DNA from: Amoebidium appalachense
Lineage: Eukaryota > Protista > Ichthyosporea
Direction of reading: 5' to 3'
Length of the DNA stretch: 64,000 nucleotides
Assembly (NCBI GenBank): GCA_963693365.1
Contig: CAVNZM010000004.1
Location: 8,593,093 to 8,657,092, forward strand
Shown: piece after piece, positions 1-15,042 of the stretch
Position numbering within the stretch: position 1 is the stretch's first letter
Layout of the letters: each line of letters starts with the position of its first letter
The notes under the pieces: model-generated
What the model saw: only the letters and a program-made list of their open reading frames with translations
The model's database searches: none
Told to the model about the DNA's origin: nothing
Translations under genes and position numbers: made by a program

Positions 1-1413
1 GGGAGTTTGCGTCCACGTCTATCTCCCCCTGCACCAAGGACCTCGTGTAGTTGTGCATGACGTACACCAGTGGGGATGCAAGGTGCTCGATAGGGTGGAG
101 GGTGGGCTGGTCCAGGGAGGTGATGGTGAGGTTTCCGATTTTGAGAGGCCACTGGAGCGGAATGGAGGGGGTGGGAATATCGGACGTGTAGCTGATGTTG
201 AAGTGGGTAACACCCGAGGCTTTGAAGAAGCTGTGGCCGGAGTATGGGAGTCGTTAAAGAAATGTTGCATATCGATGTATTCCACAATTGCATGTGCGCT
301 TTTGCCCTTATGTTGGGCATTATTTATATATATGGCATTGCAGTTGTTGTTGCGCCCCTCTCAAATTCTTATCAAGGAAAGGACCCAACAGCTCACCCAG
401 GTGCACATTGAGGTGGGGGTTGGGGTTGCAAAGGGGATGGGGGGGAAGGAGGCGGGGGGAGGAGGGTGGAGGAGGGGGGAGTGGGGGGGGGGGGGGGGGG
501 GGAGGGGGGGGGAGGGGGGGAATGGCCGGTAGCAAAGGGTCATTAGTCCAACGTAGCACTCGAGCAAGGGCAGGTACTTCCCTCAGAGTGGCCAGGAGTT
601 TGGTGGTGCTGGTGATGGTTGGGGGAGGGGCAAGGGGGGGAAGGGAGGGGCAGGATGCATTTTTGAATTTTTCTTTGGGGGGGGGAGGTGAGGGAGGGTA
701 GAGGCTATGGCTGAGATTCATGTAAGACCTGAGTGGTTAGTGGATAAATGCATGGCTGAGCCAGGGGTTTGATGCACATGCACGGTCGAGGGGCACACAC
801 ACCTTAATCCGTCGGCCGTAAGTATGGTTCTGTTCACAACTGCCCCCGGGTAGGCTATAGCGGCAACCATGTCCCCAATGATGGGGAATGGGGACGGAAC
901 GAGGGTGAATGCCTGGAACAGGGGATCGTTGAAGCGATCCCACACCATCCCCACAAACTCCTTGTAGCTGGTGCGGTTGAGAGCTCCACAGAAACTGCAG
1001 TTTCGCCACAGGTGGTAACTGCAGGAGGAAGGGTGTGTGTGGGATTATGGGTAAGAGTTGTGCCAAAAAGGGAAGGGGGGAGGGAGGGAGGGAAAGGACA
1101 GCAACAACACTGAGAGAAGGAGAGGGGCAGGGGAGGGGGGAGCCGGGACTGAAATGGGGAGGGTGGTATATGTGCGTGTCTGCTTTGTTTTTGAGGGGGT
1201 GGAGAGGGGGGGGGGGGGGGTAGGAGGCCGAAGGGCAGGAAGTGGGAGAACTAGAGTATCAAAGCTTAGACTGCTTGCACCCTGCTGTTGTGAGATTCAC
1301 ACCCGAGACACAGCTAAAGTCAGGGTGGCTCTGCAGGAAGGTGCACGAGATTCAAGTTGTTAAAAATACTCTTCGTTTCCACCCATAACCTCAACGTGTT
1401 CCACTACCCCCCC

Positions 1414-1444
<31 letters not shown>

Positions 1445-2664
1445 AAAAAAAAAAAATAGAAAACAAAAAAGAAAAAACTTCACGAGAATTCGCCATACAC
1501 CTTTCCCATCCAAGCCCATCCCAACACCTTCCTGCTCTACCACAACAGTAACCAATAAAACTCAGCAAGATGCGCCATAAAGGAGAGACCAACACCCATA
1601 TGGATTTTTTTGCTTTTTGCTTGTATGCACACACACGCACACACATACCCGAGGTTTGCACCAGACGTTGCCAACCCGCCATGGCGCGAGACATTAAACA
1701 CCCGAATCTCATCAAGTAGCCCGCACAGGAACTTCACCGTGAGGGGCCCATATGCGCTCCCTCTCCTCTCGGCGCCAAAGTACCATTCGTACTTGTGCAT
1801 GTTGCTGCTGCCTAGGAACTGTAGGCCAGTGACGCTCCCTTGGTCGGCGCCGTTGCGATACATGGTCATAACGGACCTAAAATAAACATTTCGGAGGGAA
1901 TGAGTTTTGTGTTAATGTTTGTGGTGGGCGGCACAAGGTATGGGCTTGATAATCAAAATGAAGGGGTTAGCTTCACGGGTCGGGGTATTAACTGAATGAG
2001 CACTCGAATTTTTTTACTAGGAAGGGGGAAGGCGGGTGTGGGTGAGGGGAGGGGGGGAAGAAAAGAGGGGGGAGGGGGGGGGGGGGGGAAGGGGCGGACA
2101 CAACAGGGACAATTATAGGCACCGGGTCGCATAACACATGCACTAACATAACAACGCAAAAACCATGCACACAAATACACACACATCAGACAAGCAAAGC
2201 ACACCCCACGGCAGAGCACGAATTTGTCATCACCCTCTGGCAGTGAAAGGAGGGAGGGTGTGTGTGTGTGGGGGGGGGGGGGGGGGGGAATGGGGGGGGG
2301 GGGGGAATGGGGGGGGGGGAAGGGGGGGGGGAACACAAAAACCCTTCATTTGAGAGGTTGGAACTTCTTCAAATGATACGAGATCATATGGTATGAGCTA
2401 CAATATCGGGCAACACAGCAGAAGTGAAGATGTATGGACAAAATAGGTTTTCCTGACGAATAAAGAAGCGTAAGCAAAGCTTGAAGCGCAACCAGCAAAA
2501 AAAAATAGCAAGTCGTGTCTAGGTAAGTTACGTGTGTGCAATGATAAAATTATTAATAAGTGCTAGAAATAACCATCACCGTGCATAAAATTGTACGGAA
2601 CAGCAATAAACTTTGTGTAGTAAACTAGGATGTATGGTGACAAGAGTGTACTGTGGCGGAAATA

Positions 2665-2699
<35 letters not shown>

Positions 2700-2704
2700 C
2701 GTGC

Positions 2705-2769
<65 letters not shown>

Positions 2770-3585
2770 GGCGCGCGCGCGCGCGTGGAAGGGGAGGGGA
2801 GAAGGGGGGCTTTGGAGGGGGAGGGGAGGAGTAGAGTTGGGGAGGAGGGGAGGGGAGGGGGGGGGGGGGGAGGATTGGAGGGGAGGGATTTCATTCTTGG
2901 ATGTAACCTTCCAGAAATGAAGGAATGGACTTAGCCATCTTTAGCACGTAAGAACCTGTCTTGAACCGCCTAATGGGCTATTGGTAACTCGTTACGTTTG
3001 CCAATGCATTATAAATCGTAAACTGGTATATACGGGCAGACAAAACACAAGTTTACAACGAAAGAAAACCAAAAACTCAAGCTAGTCTTCCTGGTGTGCG
3101 AAATGGCTGTAGGAGATATACCTGTACCCAGTTGTGGTGGGCTGATGTTCGGTCACAAGGGATATGTGCTGGGGGCCGGCAAGCATCTCCGTGTCGAACT
3201 GAAGTCGCCCCAACAGCCCATCGACATAGAAACTGGATCCGTCATAACCAAACGAGTATACGAGCCAGTTGTCAAGCGGGGAATACACACTGAAAAACGC
3301 ATACGTGCGATCCAACTCCCAACGACAGGGGCTGAACCAGAATTCAACGGTAAAGTTCCTAAGGCCACGGTCGTCAGAAATGAAGATATCTTGGGTGTAG
3401 TCTGAGGGACCAAAAACGTTGTCTTCGCCATTGAAACTTCCAGCCCACCCACCTGCATATCCCAAAATTTGCCCCTGCATCCATTTTTCACGTTCGGAAA
3501 GAGTGGCTGTTTGACAGCTAACGCGCTGTGTGAACGAAAAAACACCGAGCCAGGCTGCTAAAACTGGTAATAGAAACTTATTCAT
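1..3585 (-). CDS. Secreted glycoprotein with N-terminal LamG/concanavalin A-like domain; multi-exon, 3' end lies beyond the window start
   Basis: Exon 1 (3585 to ~3120) begins with a signal peptide ([24 protein letters not shown]) and contains NFTVEFWF and HISLV. The exon at ~1880-1650 reads MYRNG...WYFGA...[13 protein letters not shown], typical of LamG strands. Further exons lie at ~1020-800, ~620-530 and 231-1, the last open to the edge with several N-x-S/T sequons. Internal exon boundaries are approximate. Confidence 0.7.
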
Positions 3586-5016
3586 TGCTGACGTTTGGTA
3601 TTATGCACCGTGGTTTCATTGATACGTCCTAGCACGTTGTCAGCAAGTGGAAATTTCTGAATTACTCTTACGGTGTCGCAACATATGGGGCGAGAAAATG
3701 ATGTGTTGGCCCTTGTTGCAGTATGGCTTGTTGATTCTCCTTTTCAGACCGGCACGTGCTTGCTGAAGTCTTGAAAACGGAATCCACTTCCTTACGATTA
3801 TTATTTGGTCGGTGCTGTTCAGGTGCTGTGTTTTTATTGTTTTTTTGAGAGCTGGCCAGTAAGCCAACCATCATACTGCTCATTGACTTGTCTTGTGGTG
3901 CTTTTTTTTTGTGTGTTTGTTTGCTAGCACTACCTAGTGATATGTAGAGGTTCTTCAATGTTGTCTGTGTTGATTAAAGAATGGGAAGACAGCAAGGAAA
4001 ATGAACTTACAAATGCGTGTCTGTGCAAGAATTTTGCGAGCAACCCGAGGCACATTCGTAGTTTGAAAAAGTCCTGAAGGGCAAGTGCATGTAGCAGAAT
4101 AAGCCAAGGAAGAACTGCATGAATTTGTCGTACCAGAACCCCTATTCCATGCAATATAAAACAACTAAGGGCTTGTGTTAAAATGAAAATGGCAAAGCAG
4201 CTGCAGATGCACATACGCGTAAAATGTTATTAATATTAGCTTAGAAATAGATAGTAAACATCATTAACATCATTAAATGGCATGTTGGTGCTGTTCGTTT
4301 CCTTTCGACTATGCCTATCTATGTTCTCTCTTCAGTCCTCTCTCGTTCTTCGTTGTGTAATATCAATATCGTTTTTCCTTCCTTAATTGCATGCCTTTTT
4401 CTTTCGGGCGTTGTAAAAACGGAAAAAGGGGTTTTTGAAGTGACAGCAGTCTAAGACCTTTCCTTGGCAAGCTGGGGAAGACCCCTTTCCGCACACAGCA
4501 GCATTCCACGCGCAGGTCCATGTGAGTCCGGGGACTCCATGATCTAATAGACAGCGCTTTGATTGGTTCTCGAGAAAGCTTCATAGATTGAAAGAAACAG
4601 ACCCGATAGGTGCATTTTGATTGGCTAAGTTTAGCTTGCCAATAACAATGTGCTAACTACGTCAATAAACATTCCATCCAGATCCTTACTGGGAACTTCC
4701 CAGTCCGCAATGCGCATGTATGAACACCCAAGACATGCAAAATTAAAGCCGATTTTAAAGAAGTGATTATATTCAATGATTGCGGTCAAGTAGCTCCCCA
4801 TCACAAAAAGAAAATGACTATAGGTGAAATAATGATCTGATGTTCGCTTAATTCTTCATTATGACAGCCTTGTGTCGTCAGCTTGGTGACTCAACGTATG
4901 ATGTTGTGAGCCGCTTCAAAAGTTGTCACATTCTGGTTGGCTAAATTCTTACCAAAGCAACACTATGGCGCATAATCATACATACATCATGCCGATTTTT
5001 GTGAGCCACGCTTAGG

Positions 5017-5025
5017 GTATATAAG
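5017..5025 (+). promoter_or_regulatory. Candidate TATA box of the small secreted peptide gene
   Basis: GTATATAAG lies about 190 nt upstream of the ATG at 5210. Confidence 0.35.
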
Positions 5026-5209
5026 CATAGCTATCTTCGAGCAGGTGTGTCACAGTCACAGAGTCCTTTAAATGTGGTCAGCTTTGCGGAACATTTGAAC
5101 CAGCAGGGCAAGTTCCCCAACCAGCATACTCCCCAAGACAGCAAAACGCTACACGGCATATAAAATAAACCCAGTATTTATAATTGTCACCAGCAACTTT
5201 TGATTGAAG

Positions 5210-5500
5210 ATGGTGCCTAATCACTGGCGGCTCACCACGTGGGCCTTCTTTTTGGTGGCATTCCTCGTCGAATTTCCTGCTGCCCTTGCCCTCCCAGCAT
5301 CTACCAACGGTCACGGGGTAGAGCGCCGCCAGGGGTGGCCACAGTACCCCGTGTTGGACCGGGACGAGCGTATGTGTGAGCCACGGTGCAAGGCGGAGTG
5401 CCCAAAGAGCTACTGGAACTGCCTGGAGCGCTGTGGGCAGCACAGGGTTATGTTTGTGGCACGAGCAGCTGCGAATGCAGATGCGGGCCAGCAGGAATAG
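5210..5500 (+). CDS. Small secreted Cys-rich peptide precursor (96 aa, single exon)
   Basis: Non-repetitive, GC-richer ORF with a hydrophobic signal peptide ending PAALA/LP, a dibasic RR followed by Q, and C-x3-C-x3-C-x6-C-x3-C (CEPRCKAECPKSYWNCLERC). Confidence 0.65.
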   Translation: MVPNHWRLTTWAFFLVAFLVEFPAALALPASTNGHGVERRQGWPQYPVLDRDERMCEPRCKAECPKSYWNCLERCGQHRVMFVARAAANADAGQQE

Positions 5501-6384
5501 TAGTGTCTTCTTAGGTTGAAAGACGACGTGGGATGCGAGTGTTTTTTCCACTTATATACAATCCCGTGCCTACACTGGCATGTGCATGTGCTGATTCGAA
5601 GAGTGCATGATGTGCACGCTACTAGGCAAAATGGAGGAATGTATGTGGATTTCTGCCGTGTTTCCCACCCCTTTTAACTGTAGTTTGCGACGTATTGTAC
5701 ATGTGCAAGTTTTAGCACACTTCGAAATAATTGTTCTGGAGACAAATTACAGTATTTAGGAAGAAATTTAGCAATGGCAAAGCACTTGGCGTGCACTTGC
5801 GTTCCTCCTGAAGATCAGGCTCGAGTAAAGACACGACCGTTTCATATGATAAGAAACCAAGGTGACTCAGCGAAGACAGAAACAATTTCCTGCACTTGAA
5901 GTGCACACGGTGAAGCTATGAATGCACACTGCAACTGCCCTGCTTTAAGCATGCACATGCAAGTGTTTAGTAAGAATTTTATACGTGCGCTCACATACAA
6001 TCTTGTTCTGCATGTATTATATGACTAGAATCTTGCATGAGGCCATACAAATGTTGCAAATGAAAACTGCATAATCACGAGCATACTGCCACGCATTCAT
6101 GCTTGTGAATAGCTATACAGTTCCCCCAGAATACAGTCACAACCACTGAGATGCTAAGCATACAGCCACGGTTGTAAAACTCATGCACACGATAAGATGG
6201 AGACTCGTGTTGCCAAGTTGTGCGCAGTCTACTACTTGTATGGGGAAGGAAATCTTAAGAGTCGGGGAAGAGAGGTTGGGAGTAACATTGGGGATGTAGG
6301 TGTAGGCGGGATCGTAAGGGGATCATGGCAGGGATGAAACGGGTTAGGTATAGAAAAAAACCCGAGGGCCAAGGAGCAGAAGGG

Positions 6385-6469
6385 ATGGTAGACGGTGGTT
6401 TCCCTAGAGGGCCTGTAATGACTCTCCGGGAACAAAACGTGATAAAATAAAAAAAATAAAATAAAACAA
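6385..6469 (+). mobile_element. 5'-truncated non-LTR retroelement/SINE 3' end with A-rich tail and 14-bp TSD
   Basis: Flanked by the direct repeat AAGGAGCAGAAGGG (6371-6384 and 6470-6483) and ends in (A)nT repeats. Similar to the minus-strand sequence at ~15043-15140. Confidence 0.7.
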
Positions 6470-7306
6470 AAGGAGCAGAAGGGGAGGGGGTGGGAGAAGG
6501 GGGTTTGGGGGGAGGGAAAGGGGGGGGGGGGATGGGGGGGGGATGGGGTGGCTTCTAAATACAGCACGAAAGGCCCACACAAACCACACGTGATTCAGAA
6601 TCATTTTGGCACCTGCAAAATAGATAGGTTTCCGAAGCCGATTCCCAAATTAGAGGTGGCGAGCCTGGGGGAATGAGATTAGGGGGAGGGGAGGGGGGAG
6701 AAGGGGGGGGTTAAGTGTGTGTGCACGTGCGTGTCCAAGCTGGCAGCGCATGTGTATGTGCACGGGAGGGGCCAGTGGAGGAACGAGGCACCAGAAACTG
6801 CCACAGCACAGGACCAATAGGGGTTCTCAGATTGGAAAAGACGAGAAGGGAAGGGAACGGGGGGGGGGGGGGAGGAGGGGAGGGGCGGGGGGGGGGGGGG
6901 GGGGGGAGGGGGGGGGAGGGGGGGGGGGAGGGGGGGGGGGGCAGGGGGGGGAGATGGGGGGGGGGGGTGGGGGGGGTCGATCATGAACACATGTACGCGT
7001 GTATCACAGTGTGCATGTATGTGTGTGGGAAAGCTGAGAAGGAAGGAGGAGCTTTCTAATTGGTGAGAATGAAGGTAGGCAAAATGTAAGCTTTGGCAAA
7101 CTAATGTGAAACAAAGGATTCGTATTATGCTTTTTGGATCATAAAAACGACTTATTTCCTCCCCCCTCCCCCCCCCCCCCCCCCCCCCTACCTCCCACAC
7201 CACACCAAAACCTCCCCTTCCCCTCCCTTACCCTTCTCCCCCCCGTCTCCCCCCACCCCCTCCCCACCCCCCTCACCACCCTCCCGTGTCCCCCGGTCTA
7301 GAAGAC

Positions 7307-7371
<65 letters not shown>

Positions 7372-7518
7372 ACGAAAAGAAAAAGAAGAAGAAAGGAAAA
7401 CGCACAGAGGAACACAACACAGGAACTGGAATCGAGCGAGTGAACGCAATCATGTAGGATGTGTGTGTGTCCATGCGTGTATGCGAGCGGGTGTGCGGGC
7501 GTGCGTGTGTGCGTTCGT

Positions 7519-7625
<107 letters not shown>

Positions 7626-7989
7626 GCATGCGCGCGCACGTACATGACACGAACAGGTCCTGTGAATCTGTGTCCAAGCGGAAAGGGGGGAGGGGAGGCC
7701 TAAGAAGATGGATACATGTCAAACACACACGTATGGTGGCACTGTTGGGCAAACATCCCCAGGTCGAAGGCAACGTTTTCAAAGTATATGGAAAGAGCAA
7801 CGGGAAGGAGAGGAGGGGAAAGGGGGGGGGGCCACGGGGCAGGGGGGAGCCGTGGGGGGAGGCGGCGAGACAGAGGGAGGGAGAGGAGGGCAAATGTAAT
7901 AGTACGTGAGGTATATGCGTAGGCCTTGTTGGGAACGGGGAAGAGGGGAAAGGTGGGGCCGGGGAGGGGGCCGGGGGGGGGGGGGGGGG

Positions 7990-9210
<1,221 letters not shown>

Positions 9211-9545
9211 TAAGCTCAGGGTGTCGGTAAGCCCCGTGTGTCGTCAAAGGTCTGGTGCTAATTATGATTTATTGGTTTGGGTTTCTTCATATAATATGCG
9301 CACGACATTGTGCCTAAGGCTGGCAGATTGTTTTAGTGAGCAACCTAACTCACGTGACTCTGAAGACGATTGCATTTTAGCACATTACTAGAAGAGCCGA
9401 GTTTTGATTACATGGCTCCTGTTACTAAACTCTCGAAACTGAAACGTTTTCTAACTATTGAAGCATTCTGGCCACGGTCGGTACAGGTTGACTCGGAGGT
9501 GGCAGAACGTGCACGGTGCACATATCAGTACTAGTTGGTGTTAAA

Positions 9546-10201
9546 CTAGATGTAGAGGAGGTCGGCATATGTTGTGTTGTCAAACCCTTGGACCTTGTAC
9601 TTGGTGGCATTGTTCAGCAGCATAATCTTGATCTGTCGAAACAAAAGCTGGTGTTAGTTGGTGTCTGGCAAGGCCGCAACATCATGCACATATCCACAAA
9701 AAACGCACACGCCGGGATAGCAGAAGACTTGGATTTTTTTAAGGCAAATTGTTGCAAACACCTGGACTATTATGTACAATGCCCCAGGCGATTAGAACTA
9801 ACAGAAGGTGTCTTGCACTGATCGAAAGTTGTGCCAATAAATTCAATAATATGGGATCAATGGGGCAAATGTCATGGGGACTGATTACGGTAGAGTACAT
9901 ATTCAAGGTGGATACAAGTTACGTTACTATTCAAGTTAAGCCATACAAGTTACGTTACAATAGGTGTGCGGTCAACCATCAACAACAGTTACCTCGTCAG
10001 GTGAGAGTGTTGGGTAACGGCTAAGGAGTGCTGCAACTGCTCCAGAGCCATGAGCAGCCGACCTGGAGGGCAAGACATCCACAATGAGTATTCGGGGCTC
10101 ACTGTTTCGGCATAGAGGAAAAAGCGTGCATTTCCACAGCCTGTGACCCTGGTACAAATGATTTTGCGAAGAATGTCACATGTGCCTGCATCAAACCGTT
10201 C

Positions 10202-10232
<31 letters not shown>

Positions 10233-13200
10233 AAAAAAAAAAATGCACACACACTCACACATACGCCGTGACACACACACATACATAGGAACTGACTTCC
10301 GGATCCCATCTTTCTTACTTCTAAAACAAATAACTATCTCAGAGACACCTATAGCTACAGTAAAGGCATTATATATTACTGGGATGGCATAGGTGCATAA
10401 CATGCGGTGACACATCACCAAGATCACTCGTACTTACATGGATGTGCCAGACACTTGGTTGTATGTCGATGTCGCTCCAATCCAAGTACTCAGAATTGAT
10501 ACACCGGGGGCAGCAATCTCCACACAGCTGTGAGGCCCCAAAGCGGGTTAGATTGAATAACATGCACATGGAGTTCAAGCTATTCCTACCATCTATCGCT
10601 ATTTTGACTAATGTCACGGGGTACAATGAATGCCATCCCTGAACTTGAAACATTGAAATATGAACGAAGTCTTCCAGATGCTTGCCCTGTATACAGTAGG
10701 ATGTTACGTGCTGTATACTACTAAGAGAATATTTAGTCAGGTTAACATCGGGACTCAATTTCGTTGTTCGAATTCTTTGCCGAGCGATGATCTTTAGTAG
10801 CGAGAAAGTGAACAGTGTCAGCTGCGACAGCCCCGAATGCATGCATGAGCCCCTTTGAATTCAGTCTGCCAGACAAGAGAACTTACGGGCCCCAGCCGGA
10901 AAAGGATGCTTTGTAGTCGCTGGCATTGGTTGCGGCAACCGTCAAACACTCTGCCGCACTTGCAGGGGACAGAGTGCAGGCATCTCCATTGGAGTTACCT
11001 GCAGCTACCACAGAGAGCAGCCCAGCTTGGTATAGTCTTGCGACTCCGTCATTGAGTGCCTGTGGATGGAAAAACGGAAATCATTAAAAAGGAATTTTTG
11101 AATTGACATTTGCACAAGATAACTGTTCAACAGAGTCTCAGATCGTCGTAGGCATGGCAACGTTAACCACAGTAGCCAGCATCATCTATAGTATAGGATC
11201 AAAAAGCACGTTGTCTGATTCACACTGTAAGCCAGCCGTACCGGTGAGTAGTCGCCATTGAACGCCATGTTGACAACGGATGGCTTGTAGGTGCCGTCCG
11301 TCCTAGTCGCGTTCACCTCGTTAATGATGTAATCCATGGCCGCGAGCACAATATCAGTTGCCCCGCTGTTTGTCTCATTGGTCGAGAAAATCTGTAAGCC
11401 AGCTCAATGTTAATAAGTAAAAAGTAAAATAAATAAATAAATAGAAAGAGAAGCAAAAACAAGCCTTTGAAAGGAAGAACACATACCACACTGGCACAGG
11501 TACATCGACTGACGACTAACAACATGACTCATAACGTGATTCCATACAGAGATCAGGCTGCAGGCCAGCGTACATGTGCACAGTTTCGTGATTAGGTTAC
11601 ACGAGGGTTCGTTGTATGAAATAGAAACACAAGTCACCGGGCAGCGCTAGATGTGTGTGTGGGTGGCTTACCTTAAGAACACGCATACTTGCTGCAGGAG
11701 CGATGCCAGTGTTCTTGCCACCAATGGTACCTGAAGCAAACTGTGTCAGTGTGGGTGTACTGCACGGTTAGACACTCAACTCTGAGACCACCAGGCCAAG
11801 TTCAGCATGTCACCAAGGTTGGACACAAGATATACTCCCTGAGGACCGTGCATGTGTTCGCCTGCTTAAGCTTGCAAGCTATCAGGCATGAATCAGATGG
11901 TAAACAGTAGTCCAACTTGCATGAAAATAATTGCAGAAACTTCATCAGAAGCCCATTAAATCTATGACGGACAGATGTTTATTTATGTGTGTGCTTTATC
12001 TAACCTAAAAACGTTCGACTAGAATGGTTTTCACTTGTATTACAGTGTGCAGGGTCACTGACCACAGATGTGAGTGCCGTGTCCCATGTCGTCAGTGCTG
12101 TAGTCAAATCCGGTCCATATGGTTGATGCACGGCCTTGAAACTGGCTGTGGTTTGCCTGCGTAATTTTTTAAATTAATCTCTGGTCAGCTAATACTGGTT
12201 TTCTAATGTGGATGCGTATGTGTAGTGGGCAAACCTCGCATGCACATGTGGCTTTCAAATAGGCTAAGCCGTAGTGAGGCTACTCGTTTTGAGCTGCTGT
12301 CACGGATGTGATTGTCCTTGAGGCTACCTCATACATGGGCAAAAAAATGCACCGGTTGAGTGCGTCTCAGACATGTCTATACTGTAGGTAATAGCTATTG
12401 GATGCTAAATTAACCAACTTTTAATCCCGATTAGGAAAGAAAGAGCGCACGAGCAACATTGGATTAATACAGCATGTGGGTGTGCAAGCAAACATCGCAG
12501 CCGTGGCATACCTGAACTCCAGAGTCAATGACGTAGACGTTGACCCCTGCAAGAATAATAACTGAGTAAGTGTTTATCATGATAAATAGTAAATGATACC
12601 GGCCATGCAGTTTAACCGCACCAATGATAAGTGTCACCACACCGATAAATCGTGCATGTACACTAGTTGATGATCCAGACTACAATATAAAGGCAACTCG
12701 AACATGACAAATTTGAGTAGATGCAGCCCCACGGCATGCAACTGCATCCGCCTGTTTCAGAACTCTGCCGCCAGTTTGATACACACGCTTCCCGTGATGA
12801 CATTTGTGCATAATAATTTTTTCTAATGATTCAATGGAACTCATGGATTTCATATTCAACAACCAGTGACTCACCGGTGCCATTGCCTGCATTTGCTGCA
12901 GCATAATAGTCCAGCGGGAGATTTCGCTGATTGATACGGTCGATGCCCCAGGGAGGGTTGGACGCGCTGGGGTCGACAAAGCTGACCTGCTCAACTCTCA
13001 GAACTTCGGAGTTAACGAGAACCTCCTCCAGCTCAAAGTCATCAAGTTCAGTGGCAAAGGAGTGGACGAACCCCAACTTGATGGACTGCAGCGACAACAG
13101 GCATATCAGGACATGCCGGTATTTTCCACGTTAGGTGGTCAGACATTGAAACAACAACGTTGACAACAAACCAATCTGAAACAAGAGAAGCGGCGAAAAA

Positions 13201-13857
13201 GGGGGGGGGGGGGGGAGGGGGGGAGGTGTAGGTGAGGAGGATGACCATTCTGGGAGAGTGGGTGTTGTGATCTCGAAATTTGACGATCAAATTTTTTGAG
13301 GCTTTAACCAGTTACCACGTGTAGTTCCTACTACCTGATTCAATCATAGCACACACGGCATGACTCAGAAATCCAGTCTGAGAACAAATCACGAGCAACA
13401 CAACTTACTCCAGTGACATGTACAGCCTACCATGGCAACAATGCCAGGTATACGAGATGCAGGAAAATTTAGGTTAACCTTGCCCAGGTTCATACCCCTT
13501 GTCAGTATTCGAGCCCGTTAATATCATCAAGCACGAATTCTACATGATGTGGGTGAAGGAGGGAGGATTATTTGATAATGATTAAATTCAGGTCCAAGAG
13601 TCATACAGGTCATATATGCCAAGAGTGTCACGAGTTCATACCTTTCTGTATGCCTGCAGATATTTTTGTGCAACACGGTTGATTCGTCCGTCTACCTCGT
13701 GCCGGTCTGCGCTAGGGTCGACAGTGACAATGTAGCGGCTTGGGGGAGCTGTTCCAGGTCTAATCTTTGCCTTACGAAGAGGGGAGCGACCAGGAACTCC
13801 AAGAATGCCGGGCAGTGCCGACAGACCCAGAAGAGCAGATAGAACCAGGGAGAACAT
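9546..13857 (-). CDS. Secreted subtilisin-like serine protease (S8, proteinase K type) with propeptide; about 9-12 exons
   Basis: Spliced exons give a signal peptide, a propeptide (RYIVT...VLRVEQ), PWGIDRINQR, catalytic D (VYVIDSGV, ~12520), H (GHGTH, ~12080), oxyanion VAAGN (~10995) and S (SGTSM, ~10445), ending YADLLYI-TAG. The core introns are GT-AG. Confidence 0.92.
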
Positions 13858-15042
13858 GATGAAGGGCGTGTGGTCTTGATAGCGTCTGTGGATTTGGGCG
13901 TCAGCTAGCTCATCATGTGTATTTCAACAGGCTATTGCTATCTAGCTAGATGCGGTGTGCCCATTCAAAAGAAAATTTTGCTGACTGTTCACTGACTCAA
14001 AGCTAATCTTATTTTTTGTTGAAAAGTGATATGTAACCTCGATTTTATGACTGTCACAGGAGCCCGAAGAAGTCGCCATGAGTTCAAAATAACGACGAGG
14101 AGAGAATATATAGTTTGACAAAGTAACAAGGCACCTCAAGGCGATTTTAGCCAAGTTTACGCTTTGAATGCAATCAGCGCTCAGTAGGTCCACGAGAAAG
14201 CAAGCTCACCTCGCAATTGACTCTGCTGCAGCTGTTAGAACGATTCACGTTGCCAGGCCTTCCAAACGAAACAGGAATGTCGCCTTTTATTCCTCTAATA
14301 GGCCAAAGGGTAGGTCAGAGGATGCTGGAGGACAGAGTAGAGAAAGAGGTTCTGAAGCAATTGGGTCTGTGAAAGCCCTTTTATTTCTTGTACACGGAGT
14401 TCACACGGGGAAGATACGAGGCGTGGTGACTCCGCAATGGAACGGCCTATTATTAGACGCCCCGGAGCCAATCACAGAGACGAAAATCATGGCGATCTAA
14501 CCGCTAAGGTTTTGACCATTTTAAAGCACCATTAGGCCTTTAGGGAAAGTTAAAATTCATATTTTGCTGAATAAATACAGGGATAAGTTTAGAAGTAGAG
14601 AGTAAGCAAAATAGCCCGTAAACTGCACCAAACCTCGTTCTTTGTTGAGTGTGCAGGCCAATTTGCACCTCCTCATGTCTGACGTGTTCCTATTGGTCAG
14701 ATTTGCACCCGATTTCTATTGGCTACATTTGCATCACGAGGTGACGCAAAAACTGGGAAGTTTTCCCATAGCAGACCTTTTCCTTTGAAGCCGCAAAACT
14801 TAGCGCTAGCACCCATGCATGGCGTAATATCTGAATAGCAATATGCGAAAGAATGCCCACCTCTATGTACGTGCACCTATGCGTTATTTCTTCATGGCGT
14901 AATGACTGTGGGATGTAACGCGTGCCAAGGCCCATGCGCGCGCGCATGCGTTCATTTGGCAAGTACTGCAGCTCTACGAGCGGTGCCCGATTTCTGGGTA
15001 AGCACGGCTGATACCTATAGCGACGATATATGCAGTTCCAAG

